Shown one piece after another: positions 20,440 to 29,653 of a stretch of 64,000 nucleotides of DNA (within the stretch, counting starts at the first letter, position 1; the number at the start of each line of letters is the position of its first letter). The notes under the pieces were generated by a model that saw only the letters and a list, made by a program, of their open reading frames with translations, did no database searches and was not told the DNA's origin. Position numbers and translations under genes: made by a program. This DNA is from an uncultured cyanobacterium. GTDB lineage: Bacteria; Cyanobacteriota; Cyanobacteriia; Cyanobacteriales; Geitlerinemataceae. The DNA lies in NCBI GenBank assembly GCA_937899645.1, contig CALCCD010000128.1, forward strand, positions 21,357-85,356, in the 5' to 3' direction.

Positions 20440-22911
20440 TTAGCTCCGATCGCAGTTCGGCTTGGGCAGGTGGACGGCGGCATGGTGGTCTTGCGTCAGA
20501 ACGATCGCGCCGTGTTCGGTTTGCAGCCAACCGCGACTCTCGATCGCGGCTGGCATCTCGTCAGCACCATCGGGGTTTTGGAGCGGCCAGATCGCGGCCT
20601 CGGCGGACGCACCGGAAACGCCTGCGAGGGGCAGCGCCTGGCTGAAGGTACCGGCGGGATTGCTCGGCAGGCCCGATCGACCCGTCAGGGCGAAGCGGCC
20701 GCGCTGGAGTTCGTTGCAGCCCTCTCGAACCAGGGCGTCGCCATCGAGGGTTTGGGTCGAGAGCACCACCGCTCCCTGGCGAGTGTCCAACTCTGGGGTA
20801 TTGAGGCGGATGTTCCCGGCAATGCCGAAGTTCGAGCTGGCAGTGATGTCGCTGCCGGGGGTTTGCTCCGATCGCAGTGCCGCGCCGAACAGCCCCTGAG
20901 TTTCGAGGCTGACGCTGCCGCCGCGTCCGGCGATCGCGTTGGCGGTGATGTCGCTGTTGTCGAACGCCACGATCGTCGCGGCGGAAATATTGATGTTGCC
21001 GCCGTTGCCCGCACCGCCAGCGGTGGCGGAAATCGCTGCTTGCGAGCGTAGTTGGAGCGAGTCGCTGACGCGAAGGGTGATGTTGCCGCCCTCGCCGGAG
21101 TCGGCCGTGGCGGAGAGCGTGCCGCGATCGCTGAGGCGAATGTCGTCAGCAACGATCTCCAAGCGCCCACCGTCGCCCGTGCCGTCGTTGAGGACGCCCA
21201 CATTTGCGCCATCGCTCACCTCGAGCCGATCGACGACCAGCCGCACGTCTCCCGATGCGCCGGTCGGCAGCGAATCCACGCCCAAGAGGTCTCGCAGCAC
21301 GGGATCGACAACGTTCGCGCTCGACAGGATCGAGGTGGGATTGAGCGAGCCGGGGACGGTTCCCGTGGCGGTCAGTCGATCGGCGACGATCGTCACCGTG
21401 CCCGCCATGCCCGAGGCGAAGCCAGAAGCATCGATGCGCCCGCCCGCCCGCAGCTCGATTTCGGGCGCGCGCACATCGAGGTTGCCCGCATCCCCGCTCG
21501 CGAAACTAGAGGCGATGATGATGCCGGGGCTGAACTGCCGCAGGTCAACGCCGACGATCTCGATACGAGCGCTCGCCGCCACAGTGACATTGCCCCCGTC
21601 GCCCGCCCCGAAGGTCGAGGAGGCGAGCGCGCCGCCGTTGCGAATCAGGAGGCGATCGGTTGTCACGATCGAGTTCCCGGCCTGCCCCGTGCCGAGTGTC
21701 GTGGCCGTCACATTCGCGAAGAAATCCGGGATTCGCGCGTTAGTATCGACAATCTGGATGTTGGGCGCATCCACGATCAGGTCGCCGCCCCGCCCCGCCC
21801 CGAAGCTGCGCGTCGCCACAGCCGCCCCCTGACTGACGGTGAAATTTGGCGTGCGGATAACGATATCGCCGCCGCGCCGCTGGCCTTGGAGGGCGCTGCT
21901 ATTGAGGCGCGTTTGGATTCGTCCGTCAGCCGCGATGCCGTCTAGGGTGATGGCGCGATCGCCAGCGAGGAAAATCCCGGAGCCGGGAAAGTCCGGGACG
22001 CTGTCATCGAACTGCTGGGCGAGGACGATCGAGCCGCCCGCCACCTGGATGCGATCGCCGATAAGGTCGATCCGCCCCGACACCGGCCCCGTCACGTCGA
22101 GTAGGGCAGTGTTGTCGATTGTGATGTCGCCGAATTCAAAGCTCGGATCGAGGGTTCCCGCGCCGTCAATCGTCAGACCCAGCGGCACGAAGCCGTTACG
22201 CCCCGCGACGATCGAGAGCTGGCCGCTCGCCGCCGTCACCGTACCGCCGTCGATCGCCACTTCGCCACCCACCAGCGTCAGCAAATTCCCCGGCGCGCCC
22301 CGCAGGCCGTCGGTTGCGCTATTTCGCTCGATCGGTGCGAGGACGGGGTCGGTAACGGTCAAATCGTGACCGCCGCCCGCCGCGCGAATCGCGCCCGCCT
22401 CGCTGCCGAGCTGCAGGCCCACCGGCACGGCCACCGACAGCAGTGTGTCAGCCGCCGGACTGGCAAAGCCAGGAAACACAGACCCATCGGCGAACATCAC
22501 CGCGTCGGCGCTGGAAAATGCGATCGCACCGCCCACATCGAGCTGCGCCTGGGCTCCGAACAGCCAGCCTTGAGGGTTGACAAAAATTAGATTCGCGCCG
22601 GTGTCCGAGACGATCGTGCCGTCGATTTGCGACGCGCGGCCGCCCGTAACGCGGACGATCGCGTTGGCGATCGTGGCATCGAGCCCGAAAGCCGCCACCT
22701 CGCCGGTATCGAGGTCGAACTCGCGAAAGCTATGGAACAGGTTCGCCCCGCTTGCGGTTCCGCCCGTAATTTGATGCATCCCCGGCGCAGCGGTTTCGAC
22801 CCTCGACACCTCCGGCAGCGAGGCGTCCGGAACCGGCTGAGCTTGAAGAGAAAACGGCGCGATCGCCAAAGCGGCGGGACAGGCCGCGAGAATGAATAGA
22901 TCGCGAAGCAT
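20440..22911 (-). CDS. Filamentous-haemagglutinin-type exoprotein with an N-terminal two-partner-secretion (TPS) domain
   Basis: Signal peptide, then GANLFHSFREFDLDTGEVAAF ... ANLIFVNPQGWLFG (haemagg_act motif). Long Gly/Asp-rich beta-helix-like repeats follow. Confidence 0.8.
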   Translation of the reverse strand: MLRDLFILAACPAALAIAPFSLQAQPVPDASLPEVSRVETAAPGMHQITGGTASGANLFHSFREFDLDTGEVAAFGLDATIANAIVRVTGGRASQIDGTIVSDTGANLIFVNPQGWLFGAQAQLDVGGAIAFSSADAVMFADGSVFPGFASPAADTLLSVAVPVGLQLGSEAGAIRAAGGGHDLTVTDPVLAPIERNSATDGLRGAPGNLLTLVGGEVAIDGGTVTAASGQLSIVAGRNGFVPLGLTIDGAGTLDPSFEFGDITIDNTALLDVTGPVSGRIDLIGDRIQVAGGSIVLAQQFDDSVPDFPGSGIFLAGDRAITLDGIAADGRIQTRLNSSALQGQRRGGDIVIRTPNFTVSQGAAVATRSFGAGRGGDLIVDAPNIQIVDTNARIPDFFANVTATTLGTGQAGNSIVTTDRLLIRNGGALASSTFGAGDGGNVTVAASARIEIVGVDLRQFSPGIIIASSFASGDAGNLDVRAPEIELRAGGRIDASGFASGMAGTVTIVADRLTATGTVPGSLNPTSILSSANVVDPVLRDLLGVDSLPTGASGDVRLVVDRLEVSDGANVGVLNDGTGDGGRLEIVADDIRLSDRGTLSATADSGEGGNITLRVSDSLQLRSQAAISATAGGAGNGGNINISAATIVAFDNSDITANAIAGRGGSVSLETQGLFGAALRSEQTPGSDITASSNFGIAGNIRLNTPELDTRQGAVVLSTQTLDGDALVREGCNELQRGRFALTGRSGLPSNPAGTFSQALPLAGVSGASAEAAIWPLQNPDGADEMPAAIESRGWLQTEHGAIVLTQDHHAAVHLPKPNCDRS

Positions 22912-23038
22912 GGCGTCTCCGAAGCGAGCGACACAGACAACGGCAATAGACCTCTTGCGGGGCTCTCAAACCCAGAGCAGCGGAGATGGCTGCACGACGG
23001 GAAATTTAGATTTTCGCTTCCATAGCGCTGGTGTCGGG

Positions 23039-24748
23039 CTACCGGCGCGACTGGCGCAGGCGCATCCCCAGCGGGGCAAATGTCCAGGCTACGGCAAAAC
23101 CGATCGCCGCTCCGGACAGGTGGCAGGTCGCGCAGATCTGCGGATTGAGGACATCGAAGCTGGTTTGCAGCAGCAGCAGCAGCCCTACCGTCTTGAGGTT
23201 ACGCCGTGCCAGCTCTGCGCGATCGCGCTGGACGCCCCGCCAAAGTAGCGCCGCGATCGCGCCGAACACGCCCATTACCGCCCCCGACGCACCAACCACA
23301 AAGCGTAAGTCGTCCTCTAAGCCCAGCGCCACCGTCATCACCACCAGCCCCATCGAGCCGACGCCGCTCGCCAGGTACACCAGAGCATAGCGCAGCGTCC
23401 CCAGCCAGCGTTCCGCCAACTGCCCGAGCAGAAACAGCCCGAACATATTGCTGAGCAGGTGCAGCCAGCCGAAGTGCAAAAACGTCCCGGCCAGCAGCCG
23501 CCACACCTGACCGTCTTCGAGAATGGCGCTGGGAACGACCGCGCCGAGGGCATAGAGAACGTAGGCGTTGCGACTGCCGCCCAGCGCCAGCTCGAGGCCG
23601 AAGACGATGCCGTTGAGCACGATCGCGATGCTCGTCAGCAGCGGAAAGTAGAGCGGCCTGTGAAAGCCGTAGCGCACTTCTTCCAGGAAGCGGCGCTCGA
23701 TCGCCTCCAAGCGCTCCTGAGTTTCTGGCTCGATCGGCGTTGCCGTTGACGAAATGCCGCGCTCGGTCGTGGCTTCAACCGCCGAATTCGCAACCGAAGC
23801 GCGATCGCCGGGCTTACTGGGGCGATCGCGCTTCGGCAACGCCCACCGGAGCGCCTGCCGGAACGTTTGCTGAAACGCATCAGCCAGCAGCAGCCGCAGC
23901 GGCCTCTCGGTACGAAGCTCCAAAGCGGGCGATCGTACCGACGTTTCCCGCGCCTCGGCAATGCGCCGCCAGCGATCGCGTGCGCCTCTCGGCAGATCGA
24001 GCAAGCGGCTGGCAAACAGCGTCTCGACAGCCTCCGCATCGCCGCTGTACGCAAAGGCAAACAGCCAGGTGCGATAGGTACGCGGGCGGACTGTCGAAGC
24101 CTCCAGCCGACTCGCAAGCCGCTCGCACTCGCGCACCAGGCGATCGAGCTGATTCGTCTCGCCCAGCGCCTGCAAGTAAAACAAAATAACGTTGATATCC
24201 TGCTCGGTGTCGGCAGGATTTTTCGGATTTTTCGCCAGGCTGTCCTTATGCTTCGTGTGGAACTTCAGCCACGATAGCAAGCCGCTCCAATCGCCCTCGA
24301 GGCTGTAGGTCAGACAAATACTCAGGCGACCGACAAGCGAGCCGATACCGCGATGGGGATGCAAACGATCGACCGTGGCCTCGACTCCGACGCGATCGCG
24401 CGCCGCCACGATCCGCCAAATTCGGGCCCGCTCCGGCCAGTCGTCGAACGGGTGCAGCAACGCCGCGATCGCACTCCAGGCTGCGGCCCCACCGTAGCGC
24501 TCGTTTTGCAGCGCCGTGCTGGCCTGCTGGGCGGCGATCGTCGGCGTGACGATCGCCAGCAGCCAGACCCCAAAACCGATCCAGCCAGCCCGCTCTGGGT
24601 ACCACACCAGACCCGCCACCGCCGCCAACAGAACGATTCCCAGCACCGCAAACCAGCCCGTCTGTCGCTGCGGGTCTCGCCAAACGCGCGCCGCAAACAG
24701 CAGCACCGAAAACAACGCCATCCACAGCAGCAGTCGATTGATATCCAA
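23039..24748 (-). CDS. Rhomboid-family intramembrane serine protease with a long N-terminal helical/TM extension
   Basis: FLHFGWLHLLSNMFGLFLLG and GASGAVMGVFGA (GxSG catalytic Ser), plus a downstream His-containing TM segment. Confidence 0.8.
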   Translation of the reverse strand: MDINRLLLWMALFSVLLFAARVWRDPQRQTGWFAVLGIVLLAAVAGLVWYPERAGWIGFGVWLLAIVTPTIAAQQASTALQNERYGGAAAWSAIAALLHPFDDWPERARIWRIVAARDRVGVEATVDRLHPHRGIGSLVGRLSICLTYSLEGDWSGLLSWLKFHTKHKDSLAKNPKNPADTEQDINVILFYLQALGETNQLDRLVRECERLASRLEASTVRPRTYRTWLFAFAYSGDAEAVETLFASRLLDLPRGARDRWRRIAEARETSVRSPALELRTERPLRLLLADAFQQTFRQALRWALPKRDRPSKPGDRASVANSAVEATTERGISSTATPIEPETQERLEAIERRFLEEVRYGFHRPLYFPLLTSIAIVLNGIVFGLELALGGSRNAYVLYALGAVVPSAILEDGQVWRLLAGTFLHFGWLHLLSNMFGLFLLGQLAERWLGTLRYALVYLASGVGSMGLVVMTVALGLEDDLRFVVGASGAVMGVFGAIAALLWRGVQRDRAELARRNLKTVGLLLLLQTSFDVLNPQICATCHLSGAAIGFAVAWTFAPLGMRLRQSRR

Positions 24749-25041
24749 GGATTTGAACGCTCCAGAGTGACGAGATCGCGCCGCGAGAACAATGCCACGC
24801 TACGAAAACATACGAAAACAGCGATGGGAACGACTGTAGCGCGGGCGTCATCGCTGAGTTCGGGCCCCGCGGCGGCGGCCAGCAATCGAGGCCGCGATCG
24901 CCTCACATCAAATCTCGATCCCCGCCCTGTCGGGATGCCCGGCCAATGCTATTATGCCCGTCAGTGTTTGGCGGTTGTCGCTGCTTCGAGCCTCCCCTCG
25001 ATAGCGCGAGCGCGAGACCGCAAACCTCTCGTCTTCCTGAA

Positions 25042-25686
25042 ATGGGCATCGAACTTCGCAGCTACGTCTACCTCGATCGGCTGCAACCGCAACACGCCGC
25101 CTATATCGGAACCGTAGCCTTTGGCTTTCTGCCACTCCCCGGCGACAGCTCGCTCTGGATCGAAATTTCCCCCGGCATCGAGATCAACCGCATCACCGAC
25201 GTGGCGCTCAAATCTACCGCCGTTCGTCCCGGCGTGCAGATGGTCGAGCGCCTCTACGGCCTGCTAGAAATCCACTCCTCCAAACAGGGCGAAACTCGCA
25301 CGGCAGGCAGAGCGATCCTCGCCGCTCTCGGCGTCCGCGAGCAGGATCGCCTCCGTCCCAAAATCGTTTCCAGCCAGATCGTCCGCAACCTCGACCCCCA
25401 CCAGGCGCAGCTCATCAACCGCACCCGACGGGGCCAGATGATCCTCTCCAGCGAAACGCTTTACGTCCTCGAAGTCGTTCCTGCCGCCTTCGCCGCCCTC
25501 GCCGCCAACGAAGCCGAAAAGGCCGCGAGCATCAACATCCTGCAAGTTACGGCAGTCGGCAGCTTCGGGCGGCTCTACCTCGGCGGCGAGGAGCGCGACA
25601 TTCTGGCGGCGCAGCGGGCGATCGAAGCCGTCCTCGGCAGCATCTCGGGCCGCGAACACGGCGAAAAAAAAGGCGGGCGCGAGTAG
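25042..25686 (+). CDS. ccmP: Carboxysome shell protein CcmP (tandem BMC domains)
   Basis: [57 protein letters not shown] ... [32 protein letters not shown] closely follows Synechococcus elongatus CcmP as I recall it. Start trimmed to the ATG at 25042. Confidence 0.8.
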   Translation: MGIELRSYVYLDRLQPQHAAYIGTVAFGFLPLPGDSSLWIEISPGIEINRITDVALKSTAVRPGVQMVERLYGLLEIHSSKQGETRTAGRAILAALGVREQDRLRPKIVSSQIVRNLDPHQAQLINRTRRGQMILSSETLYVLEVVPAAFAALAANEAEKAASINILQVTAVGSFGRLYLGGEERDILAAQRAIEAVLGSISGREHGEKKGGRE

Positions 25687-25787
25687 GGCGCGACCGCCAG
25701 GCTTAAATTCAAGTTCAGATTTGGGTTTAGCTTTGAGTTTTGACGAAAGCTCGAAGCCGGTTCGGTTAGCGGGACAGACAGAGCGTC

Positions 25788-26204
25788 CTACGAGATCGCC
25801 ACGAAGCTCAGCGCGTACAGCACCACCGTCGAGGCGCTCCCCACGCCGAACATCAACGATCGCAGCGGCGGCACGTTCAGCACGTAAAACGTCGAAAACA
25901 GCAGCCGCGCCACCACGAACGCGATCGCCGCATATTCCGCATAGGGCGAAGTCACGCCGGTCACGTAGGCGATAATTGCCGCTGCCGCAAACGGCATAAA
26001 CGTCTCGAACGAATTTTGGTGCGCCCAAGTCGCGCGCTGGGCGTAGGGCGGCAGGCGATCGAACATCGCGCGCGGTGCGGCCAGATCGAAGTCCGAGATC
26101 AGGCGACCGTAAGCCACGAGCAGATACGGCACGTAAATTGCGAACGCCGCCGCCGCGACGGCGTACAGCAAAATATTTGAAGCGCTAGACGAGATCGAAG
26201 ACAT
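25788..26204 (-). CDS. MAPEG-family membrane protein
   Basis: 138 aa, hydrophobic, with RATWAHQNSFETFMPF (MAPEG R..AH.N..E motif). Start trimmed to the ATG at 26204. Confidence 0.7.
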   Translation of the reverse strand: MSSISSSASNILLYAVAAAAFAIYVPYLLVAYGRLISDFDLAAPRAMFDRLPPYAQRATWAHQNSFETFMPFAAAAIIAYVTGVTSPYAEYAAIAFVVARLLFSTFYVLNVPPLRSLMFGVGSASTVVLYALSFVAIS

Positions 26205-26348
26205 GAAAACTGGGTAACGATCGACAGTGAAAAAATGCCGCACCGGACGTACCGCGCGACGCAATTCGCTATCCACTCTAGCAACCGCTCACCCCATTCA
26301 AGCCCGACCGTTCTCCGTCATACTGCCTCGATCGCCCGCGCCAGCCGC

Positions 26349-27626
26349 CTACGTGATATCGAGAAACGACATATCCGCCGAACCGAAGTTCGTACTTAGC
26401 GCCACCTGCAAGTTTTCCAGCGACTTGACCAGCCACTGCACGGCCTCGCGCGTCGATTGGTCGTAGTGGTCGAACAAAATCGAGAACCGCTTCTCCATGT
26501 GCGGGCGCACCTTGCGGCAAATCAGCAAAATCTTCAGCAGGATCCCCATCACCGCTGTCGGGCCGATATTAGAAAGCAAATCGATCAAGACGTAGTGATT
26601 TGGGTTTTGCGGGCTCTCGACCACCAGGAAGTTGATGAGCTGGCTGCACGTGCGAATGATCAAAAAGTCGCTGAGCTTTTGATCGTCCGATTGGGGCAGC
26701 GTTGCCATCAGATGCTGGTAGAGCTTGTCGTTGAACTGCCGCTGGCCGTAGCTCTCGTCGATCGAAGAGATTAGGTACTCGTAAAAGTCCTTTTTAAACT
26801 CTCTAAACGTGCGCGTCTGGCTCGTGTGGGTCACGAAGTTTTGCGCGACGTCTCTATAGGTTTGCGAGCCCTCGATTTTACCCGTGAACTGTTTGACCGC
26901 AACGTACAGCTCCTTGTCCGACAGCATCGTCGGATTGCGAATGGGTTTGATGATTCTCGAGTTGTCCGCCAGCTCGGGCCTTTGTCTCAGCAGCTGAGCT
27001 CTTTTGACCTTGTAAGCGACGTACTTGGTCAGGTGGCTTTCGTACTGCTTTTGGCGCTGACCCTGTAGTTGCAGGATCGTCTGCTGCTGTTCGTAGCTGC
27101 TGCTGTCGCTGAGCAGACTGTGGGAATAGAGGTAAGGGTAGCGGCCGATGAGGGAAGACAGGGGGCGCTCGTTAGGGGGCTTGTCCTTGTGCTTGGAGCG
27201 ATCGACGACATTGACCAGACGCTGCATGGTCTGGAACTCCTCGGTCGTTTTAAAGTTAGAGACCAGGGCCTGGAGCTTGCGCCCGTCGCGCGAGTGAATG
27301 CGGCGGCTATCTGCGACGTCGATCGACTGAATTAGCTCGCCAATCGCCTGCTGGTGGCGCGTCTCCATCTGCCAGTGATTGATGAGAATGTGGCAGCAGC
27401 GGTTAAAAACGCTATTAAATTCGTTCGGCGCGTTGTCGAGCGCCGTCAACTCGCGAACGATGCGCGAGACTTCCCGATCGGGATAACCCGAACCCTGCAA
27501 AAACAGCGCTCTAAATCGCTCGATCAGACGTTCGGGCGACTCCTCTTTAACATGACTGAGAAGGTGCTGGTACAGCTCCTGCTCCGCTTGTTGTATGTGG
27601 GTAGAGTGGTTTGCTGCGGTCGACAT
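26349..27626 (-). CDS. Hypothetical protein
   Basis: Long ORF with balanced composition and no recognisable motif. Start trimmed to the ATG at 27626 (MSTAANHS). Confidence 0.6.
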   Translation of the reverse strand: MSTAANHSTHIQQAEQELYQHLLSHVKEESPERLIERFRALFLQGSGYPDREVSRIVRELTALDNAPNEFNSVFNRCCHILINHWQMETRHQQAIGELIQSIDVADSRRIHSRDGRKLQALVSNFKTTEEFQTMQRLVNVVDRSKHKDKPPNERPLSSLIGRYPYLYSHSLLSDSSSYEQQQTILQLQGQRQKQYESHLTKYVAYKVKRAQLLRQRPELADNSRIIKPIRNPTMLSDKELYVAVKQFTGKIEGSQTYRDVAQNFVTHTSQTRTFREFKKDFYEYLISSIDESYGQRQFNDKLYQHLMATLPQSDDQKLSDFLIIRTCSQLINFLVVESPQNPNHYVLIDLLSNIGPTAVMGILLKILLICRKVRPHMEKRFSILFDHYDQSTREAVQWLVKSLENLQVALSTNFGSADMSFLDIT

Positions 27627-27850
27627 ATAGAAACGTAGCCCTCGTATATTCTCAGCAGCAGGGCCGAACCCATCTCCTACTCCGAGGACGTCGTCGCGAA
27701 AAAACATCAGGGGATGCAACAGAGAGCGACAAGTACCCCCATAGCCTCAATGTATCACACTCATTTTTGTCGAGCGGGAACATTTAGAACACGGGATCTT
27801 CCAGGGCGTGGCGCTCTTCCCATATGCACGGGGGAAGCACTGCCATCGGG

Positions 27851-28040
27851 CTTAGAGTGCTCCACGGAAGACAAACGCTCACTGTTCGGAATTCGAGCGC
27901 TGGGCGTCGCCGTTGGCGTCGCTTTCGCGAAGCGAATCGTACGGCACGGGCGATCGGCGAGGCCAACGCTACGCGAACGACAAGCTCAGCTTCCATCGGC
28001 GACTTCCGGAAAATATATCCTTAGAGTGCTCTTGGTGAGG
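27851..28040 (+). repeat. Noncoding repeat, copy B (about 190 nt)
   Basis: Homologous to 3641-3830 in inverted orientation. Bounded by the 12-nt direct repeat CTTAGAGTGCTC at 27851-27862 and 28020-28031. Confidence 0.6.
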
Positions 28041-28183
28041 TGCAGGAGTGGTAAAACTCGGGGTGCGAGGGCGGCCGAGCCTTCAATATATGGCTTGCCC
28101 TGTGCTTTGCTTGGCACAAACGCGATAGCTTACTTGAGATGCAATGTCAGGCAGGGGAACACCCGCGTCCCGACTGCAGTATA

Positions 28184-28396
28184 TCAAAAGTCGCTTGGCT
28201 CCAGCGCTCGATCGCGAGTCGGCGAAAGCTTCTCCTCGACCGGTGCGATGACAAGCTTGCGATCGCGGTATGCCTGAGGCGCGTCATCATTTAAAGCCAG
28301 ACTCGCCACGGGGTAAGCAGTCGAGCACTCGGCTAAAAACAAAGCTAGGGACTGAGTCCCTTGCGGGGGAAAGGTCGCCAATGTAACTAACGACAT
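28184..28396 (-). CDS. Possible small protein (70 aa), unverified
   Basis: ORF downstream of and co-directional with 28466-29179. GAGG lies about 9 nt upstream of the ATG. Third-position GC is about 60% (42/70 by my count), which looks lower than in neighbouring genes. No motif. Confidence 0.3.
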   Translation of the reverse strand: MSLVTLATFPPQGTQSLALFLAECSTAYPVASLALNDDAPQAYRDRKLVIAPVEEKLSPTRDRALEPSDF

Positions 28397-28465
28397 CCCC
28401 TAGCCTCGCCTTAAGAGTTATTGAAGGGCGACACCGTACAGGTACTTGGCCCCGCGAGATGCAAT

Positions 28466-29179
28466 TCAGCGCGTGCTGTTCGCAATTTCGAGCGAGTCGG
28501 GGCTGTATTTTTCGACGCGGTGAATCTTGCGCTGTAGCTCTAAGGTTCGCCGCATTTGGTCGCGTCGGAGAGCAGCTTCGTCGTTGCCAAACCCGCCTGC
28601 CTCGAGTTCGCCACTTTCTGGATTGTAAAAGCTACGCACGCGCGCTTCGATCACGACGTCGGCTGGAGGCTGGCGAACATCGGACTGCTTGACGGCCTCG
28701 AGGTGATCTCCGAAAGCCGGAAAAGCTCCGCGCGCCTGAATCGAGAGGTCGGCAGCGGACAAGTATTCGAGGGGCGACAGGTAGGGATAGTCTCGGGCGA
28801 AAGCTTCGAGCTGCTTGCGGATTCGCTCTAGTTCTGCAGCATCGGCGAGGTCTGGGCTGAGGTTGGTGTTCTGGCTGCTGAACGTTCCGACATTGACGCG
28901 GGCGTTGCCAGGATCGACGTGCTGATACCAGGCGCTCGTGCGCACGCCATCGATCGTGCGCGTCCCCTCTGCCATGCCGAGGGCGATCGCACCAGGAGAA
29001 TCCGGCGTCGCGAACCAAAACTCGGTCAGCGAACGAGCAGGAACAATCTGCGAGCGAGTGCTCTCCGGAGTCGCTGGCAGCAGCTCGGGCGGGACTTCAG
29101 TTACTTGAGGCTCCCCAACCAAAACGCGGGCGATCGTATGGAACACGGTAAAGAAACTAACGGCGGTATTCAAACTCAT
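28466..29179 (-). CDS. Secreted or membrane-anchored protein with a conserved lysozyme-like (AEGTRT..DPGN) domain; paralog of the C-terminus of 38873-40705
   Basis: N-terminal hydrophobic segment. PDSPGAIALGMAEGTRTIDGVRTSAWYQHVDPGNARVNVGTFSSQ aligns with NPDSPGVIAIGMAEGTRTVDGGKTGAYWGHTDPGNGKRNLGSFSFQ in the SLH protein. Confidence 0.65.
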   Translation of the reverse strand: MSLNTAVSFFTVFHTIARVLVGEPQVTEVPPELLPATPESTRSQIVPARSLTEFWFATPDSPGAIALGMAEGTRTIDGVRTSAWYQHVDPGNARVNVGTFSSQNTNLSPDLADAAELERIRKQLEAFARDYPYLSPLEYLSAADLSIQARGAFPAFGDHLEAVKQSDVRQPPADVVIEARVRSFYNPESGELEAGGFGNDEAALRRDQMRRTLELQRKIHRVEKYSPDSLEIANSTR

Positions 29180-29653
29180 TTCTATTACGTGTTAGACGCT
29201 CCAGGGCGGTGGGTGGGGGGGACAATAAAAAGCTGTGCGACAGTGAAAACTTCGGTTGAGGTTCGGGCGAACCGCTCGAAAATCTCAAAAAGTCCCGGAG
29301 AACGGAACCTATCGTGCGAAAGTCGAGTGGGTGGGTTTATCCCGTCCTAAAAAGCGAAGCTGCGCGGGCCTCTAGGTCGCTCTCCTGCGGTCTCCTATCG
29401 CGCTCGGATGAAGGTTTAGAAAGTCACGAACTACATCGCTACTCGAAGCAATTCCGGGCAACGTACTAGTAAAATTTGCGACCTTTCCTACTACTTAATC
29501 CGTTGCAATGTGCGAGTCCGGGTGTAATAGAGAAACCCAACTATAGTATCACGTGAGACAAAATCTGCAAGTTTGGCGTGCGAAAGCGCACGCCCACCGG
29601 CTCGATCGCGCTGTGAACGTGCGGCCGTTATTTAAGAGAGGGGTCGAGCGAAT

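Noticed and set aside
25042-25686. ccmP standing alone, away from other carboxysome genes.
   Set aside because: CcmP is normally encoded outside the main ccm operon in beta-cyanobacteria.
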